A DNA stretch of 64,000 bases. Source: Octopus vulgaris (taxonomy: Eukaryota). Shown piece after piece: positions 53,691 to 64,000 of the stretch. The stretch is taken from the NCBI GenBank assembly GCA_951406725.2, contig OX597815.1, positions 92,504,001-92,568,000 of the forward strand, written 5' to 3'. The notes beneath the pieces were generated by a model. The model did no database searches. It was not told the origin of the DNA and worked only from the letters and a program-made list of their open reading frames with translations. Both the position numbers and the translations under genes were made by a program. The number at the start of each line of letters is the position of its first letter. Positions within the stretch are counted from its first letter, which is position 1.

Positions 53691-54360
53691 TTAACCCTTT
53701 TGCTACTATATTTCTGTTGAAATACTACCATGGCACACCCTTCTACTGGTCAGGATGCATCATACATATGCCTCAAATGTGCATCCTCTGTCAATCCCTC
53801 TTTTGCGGAGTTGACTTCAGGCACTAGACCATGCAGAGTCCCCAAATTCTGTTTGCAAGACCATCTCAAGGCCCCATCCTCTGCTGCTCTGTTGACCCAA
53901 ATACCTGGGAGACAATCACCAAGGACTGCCCAAAGTGGTGGCATATCTTTGTTGAGGGAATGAACCAAATGGAAATGACATCAAGAGATAGAGATTAGAT
54001 GTTAAAGACACAAAGAATGATTCATGCTTCCTCATCGTTCCCCCTCTCCACAACTCTCCCTTGTGATAAATGCCCCTGGCTCTTCTATGCCATCATTGTC
54101 CTAAACAGCCGCCTCAATACCAACACTCCTCGTACCCTTCAAGATGCTACTAGGATACAAGTTAACACTAATGATGATATTACCTTTGCTTCAATTAATT
54201 TGGAAAATAGTGAAGAATTTTGTAAAATAATTTTGTCATTATTAAGATGGTGTTTAGAATATACATTATGAAATTTCAATGGAAGGTTTTAATTTAGATT
54301 GCTTCAATGTAGGAAACTTGTATCATAAGAACAAGGGTGATCTCAGCTTGGTTGGTAATC
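53691..54360 (+). mobile_element. piggyBac-like MITE interrupted by an RTE fragment
   Basis: ttaacccttttgctactatatttctgttgaaatac start; the body resumes at ~54180 and matches 29600-29790. Confidence 0.55.
53735..54130 (+). mobile_element. RTE-BovB-like LINE C-terminal remnant
   Basis: Frame-shifted YWSGCIIHMP, AELTSGTRP, VDPNTWETITKDCPKW and terminal PCDKC motif. Confidence 0.55.
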
Positions 54361-55489
54361 AGGGCAACTACCTTATCACTCAGAATGCTTTTTGGTGAGA
54401 AAAAAAGAGGGCAGAGAAATGATTGTAAACATTAAGTGTATTTCTAGAAGATTAGTGGTTTGCTGATTTTAGGAGTTGATAGAGGACTTCTCTGAAGGCT
54501 AATTAGAAGTAATTTTATGAACAGAGAATAATTGATATTCTTATAGAAATGTAAGTATTGTTTAAGATAATCTGTTATAAGGCATTTATCTGTTCTGTAT
54601 TTGGATGAACAGTTATAGCAAGCAATATGGCAGTGGAATGATTACTGTACTGGGATCCTTAACTTGTTTTGTTCTATTGTGAAGCCTTCTAGGTCCCTTC
54701 TTAAGAAAAATGAATTCATATGACTAAAATATTTGGTAGGAATATATTGTATTAGGAGTCAGTTATACTTAAATATAGTTTTAAATATTGTTTCAAGATA
54801 TAATATAAATGATCAAACATGGAATATGGTAATATTCTTATCATTCTCCAGATGGGCAAGTTATTTCATACAACCTAATGCATTTTGGTTTTGATTTTTT
54901 TTTGATAATATAATTTTGGCTTATGGGATTTATGAAAGATTTTGTAATTGAATGAAAGGATAAATTTCAATTAGTGGTTTATGGATCTCTGAAACATTTC
55001 ACGTATCCCTAAATTAAAAATTGCTGCTATAGTTGAAAAGACTACATAAATAATTAGGGTAGTCATAGAAAGAGTAAGGTTAGGTAGAAACTAAATCTTA
55101 GAGGTGCTTAACTAAAAAGTAAACTAAAAAACTAAGATAAAGTTAATCAATGTTGTGAACTGAGATGATGTGAGGGTTTACTAGACTCTGTATCTGAATA
55201 AAACTGAGACATGGAGAACTGAGTAAACAACAATGATGTCAATATTATGTTAAATAATTCCAGATTAGTTAGTAGAAGGGTACGCATGTCTGTGGAGTGC
55301 TCAGCCACTTGCATGTTAATTACATGAGCAAGCTGTTGCATTAATCGGATCAACTGGAACCCTCATTGCTGTAACTGATGGAGTGTCAGTTTGTAGACTA
55401 CATATAGCTGGTTGGTGTGGACATAATTCAGGACAAAATTTCAATGCTCTGATGAAAAATAAGAAAACAAATAATGTAACACATGCATG

Positions 55490-55502
55490 CATGCACACAT
55501 GT

Positions 55503-55547
<45 letters not shown>

Positions 55548-55595
55548 ACACACCACACACCACACACACAACACACACACACACACACACACACC
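55490..55595. repeat. (CA)n microsatellite
   Basis: Directly visible. Confidence 0.9.
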
Positions 55596-57159
55596 TAAAC
55601 AGTTGTGTAGGTGTGTATTCCAAAAATGGAACAGCAACAACATTTCTTAGACCAAGACACACATAGCCTGCCAATGTGCTGGAATCTTCAGTGAATATTG
55701 GCATATGGTAGGAATGGAGCTTTCATAACTGTTCTCTTGTTTCTGTGATAAACTCCTCTAGGCTAAAGGATAAAAATAGAAGTTGCTTGTAATGAAAGAG
55801 CCATTCACTTTTTCAACAGTTTCACTCAGTTTTAATTCTAAGGTTATTTCAAATATCTTAATTTTTCAGTTTGGCTTTTGCTAGTTTGTCTTTTAATTTT
55901 CTACTAATATTATATTTATGTGTTCTACATATTGCTGTAGTTTAACATCAGATTAGCTGTGATTGAGTAGATCTATGATCAAAGACATTCCAGCTGAAGC
56001 CATCCTGTCTTATTTTCAGTGTGTATCTTAGGCTACATTATTGTGTCCGTTTTATTTATTTTTTTAAGATGGTAAGGATAATTTAAGAGAGATTTCACTG
56101 CTATTGCTAGCTGGTTGAATAACCACATAGAAGCTCCTTCATTGATTAGTATAACATCATGTTTATATTTAATGGATGTATTGTAAAACAGGTTTGTAAT
56201 TTTAATAGATGTATTGTAAAATAGGTTTGCAGTATATGCCTATAATATTTTGCTAAATTCATTCATTGAAGCAAAGGGAAATAAATATATACAGAAAAAT
56301 AAAGGAGTTTCTGACATGAGATTAAAGTTAAATGTGACCATTGAAAAGAACAACACTTTTATTTATCTATTTTGTGTGGATTATATTTTTGAACAGCCTT
56401 CTTTATAATTAAACCATCCAGTTATTCTTGACTTCCCAGTATAGGAAATTTAGGCACTGCTCCTTCTTGTTCTAACTGTAACAACAGAAATAAACACCTG
56501 GTTTGTTGTATTACATTTCTTTTAATACATGTGAATAGCTGTGGTGTAAATGAGATGGTTTTTATCTATGAGAGTGAACACTGGTAACATTTCAACTTGG
56601 TTGCATCAGAAATATTGTTTTATTGTTAGTAAGATTTCATTTTAAGATTAACAATTCTACCACTCAGCCACCACGACTCTTGCAAAAGGAAATAATTTAC
56701 TATATGGCCTGTTTAATAAAGTTTATAAAATGGAACAATGCCTGAAGCTTTAAATTCTTTTCTCCAGTTGTCATGCAAACACATTCCATTCAGCCTAGGA
56801 GAAAATTTTTGTAGTTGCTTGGCCTGTAAGAAACAACATCAGAATTTCATTCAAATTGTACCTTACTGTCTTTAAAAAATGAAGGAAACATTGAATTATT
56901 TAATACTAGATAGAGTTTGCAAACAAAGAAAAGAAAATGGTATAATCATATCTGGAATACCTTTGATTATAGACATGCTGGATGAGGGTTGATCAACATA
57001 GTCTCCTATTGTTTTTTCTTTTCAGACCGTAGTATTTTATTTTATTTACTTAGTAACTAATGTCTTAAGGCTAGAGAATTGGACATGATGGTTTATTTTG
57101 TGTAGTTCAGTGCTTTGCATGTATTCTAGCCTCTCCAATAAATAAACCTTTCCACTCAT

Positions 57160-57610
57160 GTCAGAAAGGATGTAAAATAGTCGAAAAAATATTAGATGTA
57201 GGTAGTGAATGTAGAGTATCTGTGAAGGATGGAAAGAGATAAAACAAGTGCTTCATTGGATATGTAATGTTTGTGCATATGGAAGACAAGGCACAGTTGA
57301 GCTGAAAGAAAAATCGGGTATAAGAGGCATGAGATGTAGTGTGCAAAAAAGATGACTGCATTGGTATGGACATATGATGCATATGGATAATGATAGATGG
57401 GTAAAAAAGTACCTGGAGGTTCATGTAGAAGAAGACATGGGCAGAAGAGGTGAAAGCTGATCTTAGGATGTTGAACCATGCAAAGGGGATGACAAAGGAA
57501 CGCAACAAGTGATGTTGCTAAGGAGATGACAAAGGAACACAAGAAGGGACTATGCAATCTGTACATACAAGGAAAAGTGAATGTAAAAATGGTAATGATA
57601 ATGATGATTA
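57160..57610 (+). mobile_element. Old RTE 3' fragment
   Basis: gtgcttcattggatatgtaatg..., ctgcattggtatggacatatg (LHWYGHM), degenerate (gat)n tail. Confidence 0.65.
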
Positions 57611-57741
57611 AAAATATTAGTTTTTTTTTTCTTTCTGGAATTGATTTTTAATGTTTGATTTTTAATGTTTGTTTAATATTGTTTTTCTAGGTAGAGTTGC
57701 TTTTCACTTGTGCTCGACCACTGTGAGCCAGGTTTGTCACC

Positions 57742-58048
57742 ATGGAAGACACAGTGAGTCGAAGTTCTGTGGAATCTTCATCGACTGGCGAGGACTTTGT
57801 TATGGTAAATGGGGATCCAAAGCTGAAGATTACTGGCGATATCAATGACATCAACGAGGAGATTACTGATGATAGTTCCATAGACTTTAAGATGGCTTCA
57901 ACTCCTATATCACCTGATATGTCAGATAGCTGTACTTCAAACCAACCTGATCATGTGATACCTTCCAGCCAATCTGTAGATGTGCTCAACACTCACAAAG
58001 TGAGTAATATGAACAGCAGCATGGATGAGTCTAAATCAGGAATACCAG
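57742..58048 (+). CDS. RABGAP1: First coding exon of a probable Rab GTPase-activating protein 1 (RABGAP1/RABGAP1L-like) gene; exon 57691-58048, phase-1 donor
   Basis: Polypyrimidine acceptor tttttctag| at 57690, Kozak-like caccATGG, donor CAG|GTGAGA after 58048. MEDTVSRSSVESSSTGEDFVMV..PKLKITG resembles the recalled RABGAP1/1L N-terminus (SSDSVSTLNSEDFVLV..LKIV). The exon call is strong; the identity is moderate because no folded domain lies in the window. Confidence 0.6.
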
Positions 58049-58807
58049 GTGAGACCTCAAAAAGATCCTTTTATCCTTCTTGTTTATTTACTTTTCTTTT
58101 GTGTTGTACATCAATTGGATGTCATTTGAAAATGTCTGAAAAAAAAAGTTGTTCAAAGTTAGATAGAACTTATATAGAACCATTCACTCTCATTGTCTAT
58201 TAACCAAATGAATTGTACAACTTTCCTCCTTTGTTTAGATATATAGCTATGATGTTTAAATACTTGAATAAAATTTATTGAGTTACTTTTCCAAACAGAT
58301 CTCAGAAGCCATTACATTATTATTACTTTAATTTAATCTATAATTAAATTGGTAAGAATTGACAAGGAAGATGCCCATCTGATGGTGGATGCTTAATGGT
58401 GTTTGTGCACACCTGTCATTACACACAGTTTGTAATCAAATCCAGTGTTCAGATTCAGTGTCAAGGCAGATAAAAAAAAAAACCCCCAGTGGACTGTGGT
58501 TTGAAATTAAACTAAAATGGCATAGTATTTATCCTTGACTGTTAAGTGAACTGATTGGTGTGCAGTGGTCTGAGACGACACTACATTGAACTAATACGTA
58601 TTATTGAAAAATAGGTAAACTTATCGATAAATTGCAGTCTAAGGCTGAACCAAATTGATTTGGTTCCTATTTGTAACCTAAGTGGATATGTTGGTAGAGT
58701 GCGGCCCAAGGTTGAACCAGATTAATTTTGTATTTATTCCCAACAGTGACTTTAACTGAATTAATGTTGAAGTCTCCTGTCTAGAAAGAAACTTCCGCAG
58801 TATATTC

Positions 58808-58850
<43 letters not shown>

Positions 58851-60912
58851 ATAATATATAATATATATTTTGCATTCATTCCTTTGTATATTTATATGTA
58901 TAACAAATTATAAAGCAGACTGTAATATAAAGAACAGCAGTTATTCACAAGTTCATGCAAGACCCATACTTGGTACTGTAGCTTCTAAATATTTCAGTAA
59001 TATTTAAAAATACCATATTTAGGTTAACTTTTTGAGACCAATTTTAAGCCCTATATTTAGTGAGTGGAACACATCTTGAGTCTGTAATCATTGTTTAAGC
59101 TCAAGTTTTTTACTTTTTTTTTTCAAAAGACTACTTGTATAATGCTTCATCTTCTAATAAGATTATTAAAAATGGGTCTCAAAATATATCAACCTATACT
59201 GTAATATTAATAATTTATTTAAAAACATTTTGAACTGACAGTAAATCAGTATGGCCTTTAAAAAGTCAATATTTATATATAAAGAGTCTGTGTATGAGAG
59301 AGGAAAAATACATAATATGCCTCAGGGCATATATATTAAACTTTTATATTCTGTATAAGTATGGCTATTTCTTACTTGTAAACAATGTTTTGCCTCAAAA
59401 TCCTATAAACAAAAAGACATTTTTTTCATTTATACATGTAAGATGGTATAATTAAGGTGTGGCCATTTTGATATCAACAAACCTGAAATTGCATTTGTTT
59501 CTTTGATACAAAAATCTTTTAAACCCTGTTTTAAAGTGCTTATACTGAAAGTGAAACATTCTGCCTAAATTTTCTGTAAGAACTTTTTTATTAAGTTGGT
59601 TTCCTAATGCTAACATAATATAGCAAAAAAAAAAAAAATGAAAAGTTACTTTACTAAATTCCATTATATTTTTTATTATTTTCAAAATTAAATGAAACAA
59701 GCAATATATTCCACTAAAATATGGTCATAAAGGGTTTAGAGGTTTTAAGATTAGCTCATGTTGGCTTTTGTAACAGTTTCTTACTGGACTCTTCAGAACC
59801 AATAAAACTGCTGCTATTAGTTGGACTCTTAGCGTCAGCTGGAATCCTACTTTCTGTTTTCAACTCTTAATGATCAGCTGATGTAACCTGTACCAACAGA
59901 ACTCTTAGATGGCTCTTGATATCTAGCTGTGAAAAGTCTTCACAATAAATGTCAAAATGTAAAGTCAAACCATTTTATTGCTAATGTTTCAATTCCATAT
60001 TACATGGACTATTGTAGTGGTGTACTATTTAATTAAGGCTGTTTTATTGATTTTTTATATTACTGCTTCGGTTGGATGGTGGTGACTCACTTGACTTTTA
60101 ATATCATGATGAATGACGATCAGTACTACTATTATCACCATAATCTCTCTATATATTACATTCTACTTTATAACAAGGCACACATATATACTATTAGAGT
60201 GACTTTCAATCTTTTTGTTGTTGCAATTGTTGTTGGTGCTGCTACTGCACTTTCTTTTATTACTGCCTCTATTATTGCTACTAAGTTCACCACCACCACC
60301 ATCACCACCATTACTACTACTATCACAGAAACAACAACAATATTTCTCTTATGTAGGTTATGTGTTGTGAAAGACATATGTAGGAAGTAAGATCTTTGTG
60401 TAAATAGCTACAGTTGAAATACAGACATTTGTCATCTTTTATATTAACTTGTTACATCGAATTATTGTTGGCAATGTCATATTTATAAACACACGCATAG
60501 ACACACGTGTGTATGTATGTATGTATGTATATATATATGTATATATATTTGTATATGTATATATGCATATACATCTTATGTACATTGTGTGTGTGTATAC
60601 ACATACATACATACAATCTTAATGCACAGCTTTTATTGACTAAGCTTAGTTTTTTTTTTAATGTATGGTATACTAAGAAGCTTGCTTGTAATCATAGGTT
60701 CAGTCCCACTACACAGTACCTTGGGTAAGTGCCTTCTATTATAACCCTGTGCTGACCAGAGCCTTGTGAGTGGAAGGCAGAACCCAGAAAAAGCTAGCTG
60801 TGTTTATATATATATATATACTATACTATACTGTTTCATTAAGGTAAAAATCAACAAAAGTACTCCATCCAGTGAGAGATAAACATGATTTAATGTAAAC
60901 TGTATTAAAATA

Positions 60913-61003
60913 AGATCTACTAATAGTTTCTTGCTTTTTTAAGACATGTGATTAGGCACATTTTTATAATGTGCCTTGTGTTTCCAAGTAGTCTTAAAGC
61001 TTT
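60913..61003 (-). ncRNA. Degenerate type I hammerhead in left pseudo-LTR
   Basis: GAAAC-UAUUA-GUA-GAUCU is intact, but the CUGAAGA box is decayed to UUUAAGA. Confidence 0.45.
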
Positions 61004-62612
61004 GAGCATATGGTTTATTCTATTTGGAAATCAGGATGCTAGTACATGAGGACCCACGAGAAAAAAATGCAAAAGTTGATGCAAAAAGTGGATTGAGAAA
61101 ACAAATGGTGAGTAAAAATGGAAAAAGAAAGAAAATTATTAGAGTCACATCCCCTTTGACCATAGAAGTAATAAATAAACTAGTTGTTGTAGAATAATTC
61201 AATGGAGAGGGGTCCAACATCTACAAGGCAGCTAGTCAATCTCAAGAGAGTGGAGTCCTCCAGAAATTTGACCATATGCTTGCATTTGTTGAAAATTTTG
61301 GATCTGGAATTAAATAGTGTGGAGTAATTCTTATATCTAAAATGAATGTGAAATCTTTCAGCTACATGTAAATTACATTTCTTAGATTCATTCTTCCCTT
61401 TGTATGTGTTGTGTAGTTAGTTTTCAAACCCCATATTTGACTAGCCAATTCAGTGGCTTTACATTTGTTGATGTGCCAAAGAAGATTGGTGGGTTGCATA
61501 AACCTTTTAAAATTGCCTTTGCATAAACTGGTGTAAGTTTTCTTTTCATTATGTTATCTTGAAATGTTGTTGTGACTTGTGCCTCATAGATGACAGAGTC
61601 TATCATACACACCAGGTCAAGTGGCCAAGCTTTGAGGGTTCAACACTTACAACTAGGAGTGGGCTCTTGGCGAGGCTCATGATTGATAATGTTTTTCATA
61701 TTGGCACAGCAGCTGTATATTTTTATCAAGCATCTATTAAAAATCTTCCTGTATTTATGATTCATTGTGAAATGTTTACTAAAAGAGCCTGGAATTTCTC
61801 GCTTATATTAGTTTTAGCATTTAAGGAGAAGGGGCAGGGTAAACCATACTTTCCTAGGTCTGTTTTTAGGTTTCCTATTTTTAACTGAAGGGTTGTAATA
61901 TATCTTATCTTTGAATATGTTGTTAGCTAGGGCATTGTTATAGTAGAAGGCTGCCTTATAAAATATTTCTTTTGAAGAGGAGAGATTAGTTAGCTATCAG
62001 TGTTTTTAAACACTATAGTGGGGTGACAGGACTGTTTCTGTATATAGGAAACCTTGTTTGGTTTATAGTAGGATTTATAAAAGCAGGGAAACGTTTCAAA
62101 AATTGACTTTGCACAGTTTAGTGGTGATAAGCCTAGTTGACTAAAGGTATGAATTAGTTTTTTTCCTAAATTTATTGAGACCATGACCATCAAAGCCATG
62201 AGATATTCCCAAAACCCATCATTCTGGTATAAGCCAATATCATTGGATGGGAACTTGGATTTCAGTGTATTTAATATAAAGAGACCTACAAGGTTGCAGA
62301 GGACAACACTGTTGTATGATCCCATTGATACATTGAACAATTCACCTATGCTGAGCTCTTACTGAATAAACGAGATTTTATTGTATGCATGATAAAGTCC
62401 AGGTGTATGTGGTCAATATGAACATATGTTTAATTATGACTTCTATAGTCAAAGGAGATGTAACCCTAATTTACGTTCTTTTCTTTCCTTTCTTTTTCTA
62501 TTTTTACTCACTCTTTGTCTTCTCTTTCCACTTTTTGCATCAACCTTCTTTTTGTTTTGTGGTTTCTCATGTACCAGAATCCTGATTTTCAAATAGAATA
62601 AACCATGTACAC

Positions 62613-62686
62613 AGAGCCTGAAGATTGCCTGTTATAAAAGCCTGTTTAACCATGTGTCTTAATGGCAAGTAACTATTAGTAGCTCT
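62613..62686 (+). ncRNA. Type I hammerhead ribozyme motif in right pseudo-LTR (one core mutation)
   Basis: AGAGC-CUGAAGA-UUGCC...GGCAA-GUAAC-UAUUA-GUA-GCUCU: stems I and II are perfect 5 bp; GAAA is mutated to GUAA. Confidence 0.65.
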
Positions 62687-62767
62687 TATTTTAATACAGT
62701 GTACATCAAATGATATATATATATGTATGTATGTCTATATGTATGTCTATCTATATGTATGTATGTC

Positions 62768-62799
<32 letters not shown>

Positions 62800-62817
62800 T
62801 GTATGTATGTATGTATG

Positions 62818-62848
<31 letters not shown>

Positions 62849-64000
62849 ATATATATATATATGTATATATATATAAAGTTAATCCAAACAAGAAAGCACA
62901 AAAAAACACAACAACACGGGACGTGGAACAAATATAGTATTATTGGACGCTCAGGAAAGAAGGAAAGAAGATATTGATAGAATAAGCACCAGGCTTAAAA
63001 TACTAGGGTTGATTTGAGTAAACCCTTCAAGGCAGTGCCTCAACATGGCCACTCTCTGTTGTCTGAAACAAGTAAAAAGTGTGTGTGTGTGTATAAAGAT
63101 CCCATTTAATATGGGATTTCATTTATGTGGTTCATACATAGTCACCCTTTTCCAATTATACATGGTACAATTTTGCTCATCATTGATTATTTGAGCAAAA
63201 ATAATACAGTACAATAATAGAGTGATTTCAGACCTTACTTATTGCTCTTCACATGTCAGTAAAGCTAAGCGCCTCTCCAGCATTCTCTTAGCTTCTTTCT
63301 GTTGCTCTCTTCTCTATTGAAGTAAAGGATTCCAAACTTTTGCCTTTTGTTCATGAATTTGTCCTTATGGTTAATTTTTGTGTACATTTTGTCTTATGAC
63401 TATCTGCTTATGATACCATCCTGCCTGCACCTGTTCAATGCATTCTTTTGACTCTTTACCCCTATAGTTAATGTTTCATTTTTTTAGACATTCATCACTC
63501 CCTTCTCTTCTTATCTCTCTTCAGTCATTTTCTTGCTTACATGTTAGATACATACTTCCATAAACTTTAACCCTTACTGCAACTGGCTACTAAGCTAAAC
63601 TTTGTTTTTGGAACATCTTCCTTTGATTATCCCCTTCTTGCTCTCTTTATCCCCCCTTTTTTCCTATATTCCAACACTCTCATGCCAGCCACTTCCCTCT
63701 ACATCTTAAACCACTCTGTAGACCAGCCACTTCCATGACTCTCTTTCACTGTTTTCTCCCTAGCTTATCTTAGCTTCTGTAATTATGCATCTACCTCTAC
63801 TCCCCTTCAAAGAATTCTTTACTCTTCATAGTAAATGGATTTATTGATTAGATTTTATTTTATTTCTTGCTAATGTAGCTTCAGTTTCCTTAGTTTCTAG
63901 AATTTGCCAGAGACATAGGCAGTGCTGATTTGGTCATTACATTAGCAATATTGTTCATACCATATTTGTACTTAGAACAAATTCTTATCTGAACATACTT

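Larger units (their letters stand above)
60885..62710 (-). mobile_element. Penelope-like element with ~290-bp inverted pseudo-LTRs (60885-61178 / 62428-62710)
   Basis: RT remnants FNVSMGSYN..LCNLVGLFIL..IGLYQNDG and YYKPN..YIQKQSCHP; GIY-YIG-like CMIDSVIYEAQV; the termini are reverse complements of each other; TA runs outside. Confidence 0.82.
60660..63080 (+). mobile_element. CORE-type SINE split in two (head 60660-60800, tail 62975-63080) by nested insertions
   Basis: Head aagaagcttgctt...ggttcagtcccact...ccttgggtaagtg; tail cttcaaggcagtgcctcaacatggcc...ctgaaacaagtaaaaag. Confidence 0.6.

Noticed and set aside
55630-55700. CUGAAGA...GAAAUGUU on the minus strand
   Set aside because: Stems I and II do not pair convincingly
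58049-58203. Continuation of the 153-aa ORF
   Set aside because: Lies past a strong donor site and turns T-rich; treated as intron read-through
59770-59800. CUGAAGA-guccaguaa-GAAAC on the minus strand
   Set aside because: No stem II and only 1-2 bp of stem I; it could be a decayed copy but cannot be supported

Overview
AT-rich, repeat-dense eukaryotic DNA, most likely an Octopus genome. This is inferred from the tRNA-derived SINE families, the (GAT)n-tailed RTE LINEs and the very large TA microsatellites. Most of the window looks like a long upstream region or first intron of a + strand gene. Its first coding exon (57691-58048, ATG 57742) resembles the N-terminus of RABGAP1/RABGAP1L and contains a LIR-like motif. 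The rest is transposon-derived: a full-length mellifera-type mariner with an open DD34D transposase ORF, RTE LINE copies, three CR1-group LINE families, CORE- and Meta-type SINEs, hAT/piggyBac/Helentron-like non-autonomous elements, a gypsy gag remnant, and a Penelope-like element with inverted pseudo-LTRs. The most interesting signals are: (i) several type I hammerhead ribozyme motifs, including a G3-C8 core variant and a pair whose mutations complement each other; (ii) a C4HC3 PHD-type finger inserted inside the RTE reverse transcriptase; (iii) a SINE/LINE shared 3' tail with a covarying hairpin. The long Y/I/M/C/V-rich ORFs at 5.5-11 kb are microsatellite artefacts. All family assignments come from motif recall, not from database searches, and many boundaries are approximate.
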